64,000 nt of DNA, taken from the NCBI GenBank assembly GCA_050251875.1, contig JBFWMA010000002.1, positions 128,001-192,000 of the forward strand. The letters run 5' to 3'. Made by a program: the position numbers and the translations under genes. The notes beneath the pieces were generated by a model. That model worked only from the letters and a program-made list of their open reading frames with translations, was not told the DNA's origin and made no database searches. The stretch is from Deferribacterales bacterium. GTDB taxonomy: Bacteria > Chrysiogenota > Deferribacteres > Deferribacterales > Geovibrionaceae. Shown here one piece after another: positions 48,035 through 57,565 of this stretch. The first letter of the stretch is position 1, and each line of letters begins with the position of its first letter.

Positions 48035-48814
48035 ATGTACGAATACAGATTTAAACAACTTTCCGATGATTCCGTTCTGGCTCTCGAAGACAGAGGGCTC
48101 TATCCCATAGAAGAAGATTTTAAAGGTCAGGACATCTGCTTCGTGGTCTATTATGAAGACGGGCTGGAGGATATCATTCCTGACGAGTGGTTTTCCAAGG
48201 TAGAGGTGCAGGACACCGGGTGGGACACCAAATGGAAGGAATTTATCAAACCGGGCAACCTGACAGACTCTCTGAAATATATTTTCGATACGGACGGCGT
48301 TTCCGATGAAAACACCATCATCATAAATCCGGCGATGGCTTTCGGCACCGGTACACACGCAACGACCAGATGTGCCGCCAGACTTGCTGAGCCGATAGTC
48401 AGTGGAAAAACAGTGGCTGACGTGGGCTGCGGCAGCGGCATACTCGCCATAGCCGCCGCGAAGAGGGGCGCCACAAATCTATATGCTTTCGACATCGATC
48501 CGGACGCTCTGGGCAACACCATAGAAAATATCGAGCTGAACCGCTGTAACAATATCAAGGCGTGGACAGGGGGCATAGAGAGCCTCGGGGTGAAGACGGA
48601 TGTGGTGATAGCCAACATCATCACCAGTGTGCTGAAGATGATACATCCGAGCGTTCTTGATATCAGACCGGAGTATATTGTCTATTCAGGCATACTTCAG
48701 GAAGAATACGAAGAATTTATGAAAGAGATAGATATAAACGACTATGAAATTGTGAATACCGCTCAGGAGGCTGAGTGGTGCGGAGTGCTTCTGAAATGCC
48801 GTTCACAGCGGTAA
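48035..48814 (+). CDS. prmA: Ribosomal protein L11 methyltransferase
   Basis: INPAMAFGTGTHATT, DVGCGSGILAI, DIDPDA, VIANI, SGIL. Confidence 0.93.
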   Translation: MYEYRFKQLSDDSVLALEDRGLYPIEEDFKGQDICFVVYYEDGLEDIIPDEWFSKVEVQDTGWDTKWKEFIKPGNLTDSLKYIFDTDGVSDENTIIINPAMAFGTGTHATTRCAARLAEPIVSGKTVADVGCGSGILAIAAAKRGATNLYAFDIDPDALGNTIENIELNRCNNIKAWTGGIESLGVKTDVVIANIITSVLKMIHPSVLDIRPEYIVYSGILQEEYEEFMKEIDINDYEIVNTAQEAEWCGVLLKCRSQR

Positions 48815-49566
48815 TCGGGGATGTGCACGGATGCGTGCGCACTCTGGACAGACTCATAGACAGGATTGAATCAAGATTCAGCGATGTCAGCTACATCTCT
48901 CTGGGAGATATAGTGGACAGGGGGCTTCATTCCATGGAAGTCACCCGAATCTTCATGGAGCTTCAGAAGCAGGACAGATTCCGCATGCTGAAAGGCAACC
49001 ACGAAGACATGATGATGGACTATGCCTCGTTCACTATGGCATATCCGGAAAATTCTTGGTTTGCCACCGGGGGAAAACTGACTATATCATCCTTTTCCGG
49101 TCACGCTCTGGACAACCCGCTGACTCTGAAAACCATCAGAAATGTCGATTTTCTGCCTTATCTGGAGCCTTATCTCGACTTTTTTCACAGCGCCGAGAAT
49201 TACTTCGGCTATGACTATCCCATGAACAAATTTCTCTTCTCCCATGCCGGTCTCGGACCGTCCGGCGGCAAGGCGGGCGGAGTGAACGAATACAGCTACC
49301 GCAAAGATTACCTCTATTTCTGGAGCCGTGACACAGACAAAAGCACCAGAAAACATTTCGGATATTCTCAGGTTCACGGGCACACCCCCGTAAAGAAGGT
49401 GGATGCCCAGCACAACCCCAGAATGCCCTATGTGAACCGTAACAAGTCAGGTGAGCTCGTCAGCGTTAATCTGGATACCGGATGCGTTTACGGCTATGCT
49501 TTGAGCTCTATGGTTATTGACGATCAGGGGCATTTTGAGTTTCTGAGCGAGAGGTGCATGGATTGA
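48796..49566 (+). CDS. PPP-family (PrpA/ApaH-like) metallophosphoesterase
   Basis: GDVHG, GDIVDRG, GNHE, HAG, HGHTP, LDTG. Confidence 0.9.
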   Translation: MPFTAVIGDVHGCVRTLDRLIDRIESRFSDVSYISLGDIVDRGLHSMEVTRIFMELQKQDRFRMLKGNHEDMMMDYASFTMAYPENSWFATGGKLTISSFSGHALDNPLTLKTIRNVDFLPYLEPYLDFFHSAENYFGYDYPMNKFLFSHAGLGPSGGKAGGVNEYSYRKDYLYFWSRDTDKSTRKHFGYSQVHGHTPVKKVDAQHNPRMPYVNRNKSGELVSVNLDTGCVYGYALSSMVIDDQGHFEFLSERCMD

Positions 49567-50249
49567 AACGGATATTTTATGAAGGACGAATAGACGGTTT
49601 TTTTCAGCTTGAGGGCGACTATTTTCATTATCTGAAAAACGTTGTCAGGGCAAAAGAGGGCGATGTGTTCGAGGTGCTGACACAGGATAAGCTGGCGGTA
49701 TGCTCTATAAAAGAGCTGGGCAAGCGCCACGCTCTGATCTCCGCCGACTCAGTGAGAGACACGGTGAAGCACGGCTACAGGCTGAAGGTTTATCAGTGTC
49801 TGCTGAAGCGTGAGTACATGGATTTTGCCGTGGAAAAATACAGCGAGCTGGGAGCCACGGAGATAGTTCCCGTCATCAGCCACAGAAGCCTGAACGAGCT
49901 GAAGGACAAGACAAAAGACAGATTTATGGATATAGCCGTGAAGGCAGTTTTGCAGTCGGAGAACGAACAGCTTCCCCTCATCGGCGACAGCATAAAGATC
50001 GAGGACGTTTCGGCGGACATGGAGAAGAACATTATTTTCTATGAGCGCTGCGAACATAAAAGCATGCCTGAAATATCAAAGAATATGAGCATGATAATAG
50101 GTCCTGAGGGCGGGTTCACCGATGAGGAATACGCTTTGCTCGTTTCCAAAGGTTTTTCACCCGTGCGCCCCATAGACCAGATACTGAAGGCGGAGACCGC
50201 CAGCGTTGTTTTCACCGGGCTGGTGCGGATGATGCAGGATAATCTATGA
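49554..50249 (+). CDS. rsmE: 16S rRNA m3U1498 methyltransferase
   Basis: HYLKNVVR, EK.SELG, A..QSE, IIGPEGGF, ILKAETA. Confidence 0.92.
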   Translation: MHGLKRIFYEGRIDGFFQLEGDYFHYLKNVVRAKEGDVFEVLTQDKLAVCSIKELGKRHALISADSVRDTVKHGYRLKVYQCLLKREYMDFAVEKYSELGATEIVPVISHRSLNELKDKTKDRFMDIAVKAVLQSENEQLPLIGDSIKIEDVSADMEKNIIFYERCEHKSMPEISKNMSMIIGPEGGFTDEEYALLVSKGFSPVRPIDQILKAETASVVFTGLVRMMQDNL

Positions 50250-50719
50250 CAGAGTTTTCTGAGACTGATAAAGAGTTTATGAGGCTCGCCATCGAACAGG
50301 CAAAGATAGCCGAATCAGAAGGCGAGGTGCCCATAGGCGCTGTGGTGGTGTGCAACGGCGAGGTGATCGGCAGAGGGTACAACACCAAGAACAGCGGAAA
50401 GTCTGCTCTGCACCACGCCGAGATAAAAGCCATTGAGGACGCATCATCAAAGATAGGCGACTGGAGGCTGGACGAATGCAGTCTGTATGTCACTCTGGAA
50501 CCCTGCCTGATGTGTTCCGGAGCTATCATCCACGCCAGAATCAGAAACGTATTTTTCGGAGCGGCAGAACCGAAATTCGGCGGTGTGGTTTCGCTGGCGC
50601 ATACTTTCGATATAGAAGGGCTGAACCACAGGGTCTGCTATCTGGGCGGGCTTTATGTGGACGAGATTCAGACTATGATGAAAGATTTCTTTAAGGCTAT
50701 AAGAGAAAAGAAGAAATAG
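50246..50719 (+). CDS. tadA: tRNA adenosine deaminase
   Basis: EVPIGAV, HAEI.AI, WRL, TLEPCLMCSGA. Confidence 0.92.
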   Translation: MTEFSETDKEFMRLAIEQAKIAESEGEVPIGAVVVCNGEVIGRGYNTKNSGKSALHHAEIKAIEDASSKIGDWRLDECSLYVTLEPCLMCSGAIIHARIRNVFFGAAEPKFGGVVSLAHTFDIEGLNHRVCYLGGLYVDEIQTMMKDFFKAIREKKK

Positions 50720-50723
50720 TTCC

Positions 50724-50809
50724 CGTCACTGCGAGCCAATAAAATTGGCGTGGCAGTCTCACTTATTGGGCTAAATGTTTGAGATTGCTTCGTTTCACTC
50801 GCAATGACG
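50724..50809. repeat. CGTCA(C/T)TGCGAG-family palindromic element
   Basis: Outer arms CGTCACTGCGAG/CTCGCAATGACG; inner arms CGTGGCAGTCTC/GAGATTGCTTCG. Related copy at 59864-59953. Confidence 0.75.
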
Positions 50810-50817
50810 TATATTGG

Positions 50818-52764
50818 TTACATAAAGAATTGCGGGTCACGGTCGAATTTGATTCGCAGACTGGTCTTCACCTGTTCCTTAAGCGATGCTGACGCTATCT
50901 GAATCAGCCTCGTCATCTCCTGATTCGTTTTCGATTTTATCACTATTCCGTAACGGTATCTGTTGGCTATCTTATAAACAGGCGCCTGAGCGGGATAAAA
51001 CACTTCCGCCCCTTCAGAATATCTTTTCAGCGTGTCATAGATGAAAAACGCCGCCTCTCTCACATTGTCCTCTTTGGTGTGGGACAGGGTTATCCGGCAC
51101 ATTTTATAAAAAGGCGGATAGTTGAACGTTCTGCGCTTGATGAGCTCCATGTCATAGAAATCTGTGTCGGCGCAGTTCAGCCTGCTGAAAACATCCAGCT
51201 CGGGAACGTTGGTCTGGATAATCACCCGCCCTCTGGTGGATGCTCTTCCGGCTCGTCCAGCCACCTGAAGCAGCAGCTGATAAGCTCTTTCGTTCGCCCT
51301 GAAATCGGGCAGGGAGAACATGTTGTCTATGTTTATGACTCCTGCCAGAGTCACGTTTTTAAAATCAAGTCCCTTCGCCACGAGCTGAGTCCCCGCCATG
51401 ATGGAGTATTCGCCGTTTTCAAAACTCTTCAGCATTTTCGACAGCTCCTTATAGCTGGATGCGCTGTCGGTATCCATCCTCAGGATTTTTTCACCGAAAA
51501 TTGTCTCCAGAGCCTCGGCAACCTTCTCCGTGCCGGCTCCGTAGTCCCTCATGTCGTCACTGCCGCATGCGTGGCATTTCGGGCGTTTTATCTCCTGCGA
51601 GCAGTAGTGGCATTTGCACACGCCTTTTGACTTATAGTATGTCACCGCCACCGAGCAGTTGGAACAGTTCAGTATCTGTCCGCATTTCTGACAGTAGAGC
51701 GTGTGTGAGTATCCTTTCCGGTTTATCAGCAGGATGACCTGCTCGCCCCTTTGCAGGGTGTTGTATATCTCTGTGTGGAGCCTGTCGGAGAGTATTCCTC
51801 CGATCATGTCCTCGTGCTTGGTGTCCACTATCTCAATGTCCGGCATGTCGGTGTCCGGACGGCAGGGGATGGCGTGATAGTGATATCTGCCCTCTCTGGC
51901 GTTCTGCCAGCTCTCCACGGACGGGGTGGCGCTGGACAGTATCACGGGTATGTTTAGAATCTTTCCATAGAGCACAGCCATATCGCGCAGGTGATAGGGA
52001 GGGTTCTCCTCCTGCTTGTAACTGCTCTCGTGCTCTTCGTCCACCACGATGAGCTCAATGTCCTCTGCGGGCAGAAAAAGAGCGCTTCTGGCGCCCAGAA
52101 CCATGGGCAGAAGCCCTTTATTGAATGTCCAGAAGGTCTCCCTTCGTTTCTTCGGTGTTTTTTTGCTGTGGTACGACATCACGTCAAAGCCGATCCGTTT
52201 GGAGAGTCTCTCCTCCATCTGCGGCGTCAGAGATATTTCAGGCACCAGATACATTACCTTTCTGCCTTTGGCTATCACATGCTTTGCCAGTTCTATGAAT
52301 ACTTCGGTCTTTCCGCTTCCGGTCACTCCGTGCACCAGATGTGTGGAAAAACCGCTGTCCAGATGCGGGAGTATGGAGTCATACACGCTCATCTGCGCCT
52401 GACTCAGCGTCAGGTCGGACGGTGTATACTTTTTCGGCTCGATGGGAGACGGCTCGGAAGCCAGAATAGTTTCAGACAGCACTCCTTTCAGAACGCCGCC
52501 GAGATTAGCGCAGTAATATGACGATATGCCTTTCAGAAGTTTCAGATAGCTTTCGCTAAAGACAGAATAGTCATCCGGAGCTTCTAAAATGTCTCTGTAT
52601 GTGATGTCCTCTTTCGGCTCAAAATTTTCACCGAGCACTATCCCCCACAGATCTCTTCTGCCGAGCGGAACATGGGCTCTCTGCCCCGGTTTCAGCTCTT
52701 TTTCAGAGGTGTAGGTATAGATCCCGCCCACAGGGACGGGCAGAAGGACATCGAAATACTTCAT
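50818..52764 (-). CDS. priA: Primosomal protein N' (replication restart helicase)
   Basis: HGVTGSGKTE, VPEISLTPQ, DEEH, Cys clusters, QVAGRAGR. Confidence 0.96.
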   Translation of the reverse strand: MKYFDVLLPVPVGGIYTYTSEKELKPGQRAHVPLGRRDLWGIVLGENFEPKEDITYRDILEAPDDYSVFSESYLKLLKGISSYYCANLGGVLKGVLSETILASEPSPIEPKKYTPSDLTLSQAQMSVYDSILPHLDSGFSTHLVHGVTGSGKTEVFIELAKHVIAKGRKVMYLVPEISLTPQMEERLSKRIGFDVMSYHSKKTPKKRRETFWTFNKGLLPMVLGARSALFLPAEDIELIVVDEEHESSYKQEENPPYHLRDMAVLYGKILNIPVILSSATPSVESWQNAREGRYHYHAIPCRPDTDMPDIEIVDTKHEDMIGGILSDRLHTEIYNTLQRGEQVILLINRKGYSHTLYCQKCGQILNCSNCSVAVTYYKSKGVCKCHYCSQEIKRPKCHACGSDDMRDYGAGTEKVAEALETIFGEKILRMDTDSASSYKELSKMLKSFENGEYSIMAGTQLVAKGLDFKNVTLAGVINIDNMFSLPDFRANERAYQLLLQVAGRAGRASTRGRVIIQTNVPELDVFSRLNCADTDFYDMELIKRRTFNYPPFYKMCRITLSHTKEDNVREAAFFIYDTLKRYSEGAEVFYPAQAPVYKIANRYRYGIVIKSKTNQEMTRLIQIASASLKEQVKTSLRIKFDRDPQFFM

Positions 52765-54296
52765 ATGTTGAGGACTCGCCTTTTCAGCTCCCTCTTAAGC
52801 ACTTTTCCGGTGGCGGTCATGGGCATATCCTCGCACAGATGTATGTGCTTGGGTATTTTGAAGTGCGCCAGCGATTTTCTCAGATAGCCTTTGATATCCG
52901 TTTCGGATATGGTTAAGCCCGGTTTCGGCTTGATATAGGCAACGGGTATCTCGCCGCTGTTCTTGTCCGGCAGACCGATCACCGCCGCCGCCTCTATTGC
53001 TTCGTGCTTGTGGAGCAGTTCTTCTATCTCTCTGGGGTATACGTTTATGCCTTTTACTATTATCAGGTCTTTTTTGCGATCCACTATGTAGATGTAGCCT
53101 TCCTCGTCCAGCTTAGCCAGATCGCCTGTGAAGAGCCATCCGTTTCTCAGCGTCATGTCGGTGAGTCCTGGCATGTTCCAGTATCCGGTCATCACGTTCG
53201 GACCTTTTACTATCAGCTCGCCCACTGTGCCCACAGGCTGTTCCACTTCGTTCTCGTCAACGATCTTGACCTCCACTCCGGGCAGGGCGGGACCGACTGA
53301 CAGAGCCTTCTGGCGTTCCAGCGTGTTGCAGCTCACCACGGGAGAGGCTTCGGAAAGTCCGTATCCCTCTACTATGGGGCGTTTGAATTTTTCTCTGAAA
53401 CGGATAAGCGTTTCCTCCGGCAGAGGAGCGCCGCCGCTCACATGCAGACGCACAGGGTAGACGAATTTTACAAACCATCTGGGCATCTTTGATCTGATGA
53501 GCGCTGTATATACCTGTGGAACGCCCAGGAAGAATGTGGGGCGCTGAAACAGCAGGATGTTTCTGAATGATTTTTTCTTAAGATCGGCCACACTGCCGAG
53601 GATTATGATGGATGATCCGGCATAGGTGGGCAGAATGACGCAGGTCATCAGGGCGTATGCGTGGAATGAAGGCAGAAACAGCAGAAACCTGTCGTTGACG
53701 GTCACTCTGAATCTTTCCAGACATCCCTTGGCGTTGGAGACCAGATTGAAGTGCGTCAGCATGGCTCCTTTCGGGTGTCCTGTGGTGCCTGATGAATATA
53801 TGAAGACTGCGTGGTCTTCCGGACGTATTTCTACTTCCGGTTTTTTATCAGTGACTTTGTTTATCAGCCTGACGATATTTTCTGACTGGAACTTGGTGTC
53901 TTCGTATGTCATGACGGTTTTCAGGCTGGGGCATTTGTCCGTGATTTCCTCCGCCACTTCTTTGAAAGCGGACGATGTGACGAACAGTTTCGCTCCGGAA
54001 TCGTTGATGATGTAAACCACCTCTGCCTGAATGAAGAAAGTGTTGATGGGGATGCAGACGCATCCTGCTTTTAATATCCCGAAAAGGCTGATGAAGAACT
54101 CAGGGCTGTTCTCCAGCATCACGGCGACTCTGTCGCCTTTGTTTATGCCTCTTTTGTGCAGGAGATTCGCCAGCTTGTTCGCCTTGGAGTTTATCTCTCT
54201 GTAGCTGTATTTGTCTTTATCAAATGTCAGATACTTTTTTGAACCCCTGAGTGATGCCTGCTCCTCAAGAGCCTTATGCACCAGATCAATAGGCAT
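52761..54296 (-). CDS. Long-chain fatty-acid--CoA ligase
   Basis: YSSGTTGHPKG, EGYGLSEASP, TGDL, DRKKDLII, TGKVLK. Confidence 0.9.
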   Translation of the reverse strand: MPIDLVHKALEEQASLRGSKKYLTFDKDKYSYREINSKANKLANLLHKRGINKGDRVAVMLENSPEFFISLFGILKAGCVCIPINTFFIQAEVVYIINDSGAKLFVTSSAFKEVAEEITDKCPSLKTVMTYEDTKFQSENIVRLINKVTDKKPEVEIRPEDHAVFIYSSGTTGHPKGAMLTHFNLVSNAKGCLERFRVTVNDRFLLFLPSFHAYALMTCVILPTYAGSSIIILGSVADLKKKSFRNILLFQRPTFFLGVPQVYTALIRSKMPRWFVKFVYPVRLHVSGGAPLPEETLIRFREKFKRPIVEGYGLSEASPVVSCNTLERQKALSVGPALPGVEVKIVDENEVEQPVGTVGELIVKGPNVMTGYWNMPGLTDMTLRNGWLFTGDLAKLDEEGYIYIVDRKKDLIIVKGINVYPREIEELLHKHEAIEAAAVIGLPDKNSGEIPVAYIKPKPGLTISETDIKGYLRKSLAHFKIPKHIHLCEDMPMTATGKVLKRELKRRVLNI

Positions 54297-54879
54297 TCAG
54301 TCCTCCGGGTCTGACACCGAACTTTATGAGTCTTTCAAAAAGCTCCGCAACGGGCAGACCGACAACGTTGTCATAGCATCCGTCAATTTTTTCCACCATC
54401 AGGCATCCTTTTCCCTGAATGGCGTATGAGCCCGCCTTGTCGAAGGGTTCTTCGGAGTTTATGTACCATTTGATGAAGTTGTCGCTGTAGTTTTTGAAAT
54501 ATACGTCTGTGGTTCTGAAAAATCTTTCGCAGACGGCGGCTCTTTTATTGATGATGGCGACACCTGTCGTCACCTGATGTTTTTTGTTTCTGAGAAACTG
54601 AAGAGTGGACATGACGTCTTCTTCGCCTTTGGGTTTGCCGAATATCTGTCCTTCGCAGGAAACGATGGTGTCGGCGGCGATGATGAACGCCTCGTCATAT
54701 ATGTTCGCCACGTCATAGCCTTTCATGGCGGCGTTTTTGATGGTGAGATCGCCCACAGGGATTTCGGGGTTCATATCTTCTATCGCTTTGGATGTGACAT
54801 ACTGAAAGTTGATGCCTATACGGGTCATTAGTTCTCTTCGTCTGGGAGACCCGCTCGCCAGAATTACTTTTTGAAACAT
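54286..54879 (-). CDS. maf: Maf-family nucleoside triphosphate pyrophosphatase (YhdE type)
   Basis: ILASGSPRR, AADT, GKP, DKAGSYAIQ, NVVGLP. Confidence 0.93.
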   Translation of the reverse strand: MFQKVILASGSPRRRELMTRIGINFQYVTSKAIEDMNPEIPVGDLTIKNAAMKGYDVANIYDEAFIIAADTIVSCEGQIFGKPKGEEDVMSTLQFLRNKKHQVTTGVAIINKRAAVCERFFRTTDVYFKNYSDNFIKWYINSEEPFDKAGSYAIQGKGCLMVEKIDGCYDNVVGLPVAELFERLIKFGVRPGGLNAY

Positions 54880-55400
54880 GAGATGCACCTTTCATCCTCT
54901 CTGATGTTATTTATGATTACTTTTGTAATGTATCCTGTGGCGGCTCCAGCCAGCACGGAAAAAAAGCAAAAATAGGGTAATAAGTTATAGATCGCATCGG
55001 TTTTTATGTAAAGATTTTTTACCACGAAGAATTGTAAACATATGTGCGTAAGTGCTCCGAGAGCGCCTATAGAGACCGGAGAGAGTATCCGTCTCAGCAG
55101 AAGATAAGACAGCGCCATGGCGGCGGTGGACGCCAGAGTGGCGGGGAGCGAGATGGATAGTTTTACCACCAGATTTCCTGTGAGCAGAGGAACCAGAATG
55201 GACTTGGTGACCGCCACATAAAAAGCCGCCGGGATATCCAGCAGATAGAGACAGAGCATTATGCCTATGTTGGACAGACCGATACGCACACCCGGAACGG
55301 GCAGGGCGATGAAAGATTCCAGCACGCCCAGAGAAACCGTCATGGCGGCGAAAAGCCCCGTCATGGCGAGTCTGTTGTGTTTATTGTGAGATAGCGTCAT
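54864..55400 (-). CDS. Gx transporter family protein (heptaprenyl diphosphate synthase component I-like, EetB-like)
   Basis: LESFI..PVPGVRIGLSN, SIG.LGA..H..Q, G...G pattern; follows the NusG-II gene. Confidence 0.8.
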   Translation of the reverse strand: MTLSHNKHNRLAMTGLFAAMTVSLGVLESFIALPVPGVRIGLSNIGIMLCLYLLDIPAAFYVAVTKSILVPLLTGNLVVKLSISLPATLASTAAMALSYLLLRRILSPVSIGALGALTHICLQFFVVKNLYIKTDAIYNLLPYFCFFSVLAGAATGYITKVIINNIREDERCISCFKK

Positions 55401-55725
55401 AGTCCTGTTCTTTGCACTCGATGACCAGCGCCAGATGCTTTGGCACGCACACGGCGGTGTCTCCGCATTTGGTCACCCATCCCTGTTTAATGCATATCTT
55501 ATTGGGGCAGTTGGATTCCACGAATCGCGCCCCCTCTTCGGATGTCTCTATTAAAACGTGTCCGTTGTCCAGCTTCAGAAAATCCTTTTGCAGGGTCAGC
55601 TCGGTTTTTATGTTATTGTTTATCAGATAGAGTCTTTTCTCGCCTTCGTGTCCTCTGAACATGAAGAAGAGCACACCGCACAGAAGCAAAGCGATAAATA
55701 TCAGGTCTGATTTATTTTTTTTCAA
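55381..55725 (-). CDS. NusG domain II (DUF1312)-containing membrane-anchored protein (EetA-like)
   Basis: K.D.I.I TM anchor; ESNCPNKICIKQGW and AVCVPKHL. Confidence 0.82.
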   Translation of the reverse strand: MKKNKSDLIFIALLLCGVLFFMFRGHEGEKRLYLINNNIKTELTLQKDFLKLDNGHVLIETSEEGARFVESNCPNKICIKQGWVTKCGDTAVCVPKHLALVIECKEQDYDAISQ

Positions 55726-56620
55726 AGTTTTCCCAGCCGCAGAGTTTTACGATCTTATCATTGACGGTGTATAAAAGTACAGGCGTTTTGAGTTTTTTGC
55801 ATTTCACTGCCACTTCTTTTTTGTTCATCAGAAAGAAAGCGGTGGCAAGTCCGTCCGCCTCTTCGGCGGATTCGGCGATCACGCTGACGCTGTGATAGAA
55901 GGGCGGGTTTTCGCCTGTGGTGGCGTCAAAGATATGGAATATTCTTCTGCCGTCTTTGGCTGTAAAAAATCTTTCGTAGTCGCCGCTGGTGGCTACCGCC
56001 ATGTTTTCCAGATTTATCACGGAGATGTGGTCTCTGGTGTTCAGCGGGTGCTGTATGGCTATGCGCCATTTTCTGTCGGGTCTCCTGCCCATGGCATAGA
56101 GATCGCCTCCGGCGTTTACCATGGCATTTTTCACCCCGTCATCCCTGATGGACTGCACAGCCTCGTCTATGATCCATCCTTTGGCGTATGCTCCCAGATC
56201 GATGTATATGTTCTGGGCTCTGCTGATGTTGTCCAGCGCCTGTTCCACTGTCTGCTCATCCGGAACGGAATAGTTGCCGTCCGGAAAACCATAGAGTCTG
56301 GATATTGTGGCGGACGCTATGTTGAATCTGCCGTCTGTCAGCGTTTCATATATTTTGCCCCGTTTTATCAGCTCGGATATGTCATAAACGGGGGTGTAGC
56401 TGTTGTTTTTGTTGAATTTCGCAGTCTCTTCCTTAACGAGGGCTTCCAGAGTGTTTATCCTGTTTCTGGAGTCTATTATGGCGTTCTGGCTCTTTTCGGG
56501 CACGGTGACGGACACGAAAGTCCCCATGGCGTAAAACTGCTCGGTCTTATAGGTTTCGCCGCATCCGGCGGTCAGAAGTGTCAGAAGCAGAATGGCAGAG
56601 AGGCGGAACATCCTGGACAT
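55712..56620 (-). CDS. apbE: FAD:protein FMN transferase lipoprotein
   Basis: Lipobox TAGC; AMGT, DLGAYAKGW, NAGGD, ATSGDYERF, HIFD..TG, ADGLATA. Confidence 0.93.
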   Translation of the reverse strand: MSRMFRLSAILLLTLLTAGCGETYKTEQFYAMGTFVSVTVPEKSQNAIIDSRNRINTLEALVKEETAKFNKNNSYTPVYDISELIKRGKIYETLTDGRFNIASATISRLYGFPDGNYSVPDEQTVEQALDNISRAQNIYIDLGAYAKGWIIDEAVQSIRDDGVKNAMVNAGGDLYAMGRRPDRKWRIAIQHPLNTRDHISVINLENMAVATSGDYERFFTAKDGRRIFHIFDATTGENPPFYHSVSVIAESAEEADGLATAFFLMNKKEVAVKCKKLKTPVLLYTVNDKIVKLCGWENFEKK

Positions 56621-57564
56621 ATGTTTTTATCCGTATAAAGTTTAGTTTGATAGCCGGAACGTTCTATAAGCAGTTTTGAGCATTTCGGGCACAGGGTGTC
56701 GCTGTATCCGGGAATGTTCGTGTTGCCTATGTAGACATAGTTCAGATAGTTTTTAGCTGTTTTTGCGAGTTCGGTCAATGTATTGTTTGGCGTGGGCGGA
56801 ATGTTGTACTGGTGCTGGGGAAAATATCTGGACAGATGCAGGGGGATATCCGGGCTGAGCGATGCTATGAATCCGCACATCTGTTTAAAAGTCTCTATAT
56901 CGTCATTTTTTCCGGGGATAACCAGATTGGTGATCTCCACATGGATTTTCGCCGTTGAGAGAGCTGTTATGGTCTCTTTCACTGTTTCCAGATATCCGCC
57001 GTGCTCCCCGTAGAATTTCTGGGTAAATCCCTTCAGGTCTATGTTGGCGGCGTCCAGATATGGCGTCAGCTCTGCCAGCGGTTCTTTGTTTATCATCCCG
57101 TTGGATATTATCACGTTTTTCAGCCCCGCCTGTCTCACGGTTTTTGCGCAGTCTCTGACAAATTCGAACCAGATCAGAGGCTCGTTGTATGTGTAGGCGA
57201 TGCCGATGCTGTTATTTTCCAGCGCTATCTTAACCAGGCTTTCCGGTGTGGTCTCCTGACGTGTGCCGTCCATGGTGCTGAGCTGCCAGTTCTGGCAGAA
57301 TCTGCACGCCATGTTGCATCCGTGAGTGCCTATGGAGAGTATCTGCGATGAGGGGTGAAAGTGATAGAGCGGCTTTTTTTCTATCGGGTCAAGAGATGCG
57401 GAGGCAACCTGCCCGTATGAGCTCTGGATGAGCATGCCGTCTGTGTTTTTGCGGATGAGGCATCTTCCGTGACTGCCCGGTTTTATCAGACATCTATGCG
57501 GACACAGCAGGCATCTGACTTTGCTGTCGTCCTCCTTCTGCCAGTATTCCGCTATGACGCTCAT
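56581..57564 (-). CDS. AmmeMemoRadiSam-type radical SAM enzyme (PFL-activase-like)
   Basis: CLLCPHRC, DPIEKKPLYHF, GCNMACRFCQNW, YTYNEP, NIDLK, YVYIGN, CPKC. Confidence 0.88.
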   Translation of the reverse strand: MSVIAEYWQKEDDSKVRCLLCPHRCLIKPGSHGRCLIRKNTDGMLIQSSYGQVASASLDPIEKKPLYHFHPSSQILSIGTHGCNMACRFCQNWQLSTMDGTRQETTPESLVKIALENNSIGIAYTYNEPLIWFEFVRDCAKTVRQAGLKNVIISNGMINKEPLAELTPYLDAANIDLKGFTQKFYGEHGGYLETVKETITALSTAKIHVEITNLVIPGKNDDIETFKQMCGFIASLSPDIPLHLSRYFPQHQYNIPPTPNNTLTELAKTAKNYLNYVYIGNTNIPGYSDTLCPKCSKLLIERSGYQTKLYTDKNICPGCSASLPFCF

Positions 57565-57565
57565 T

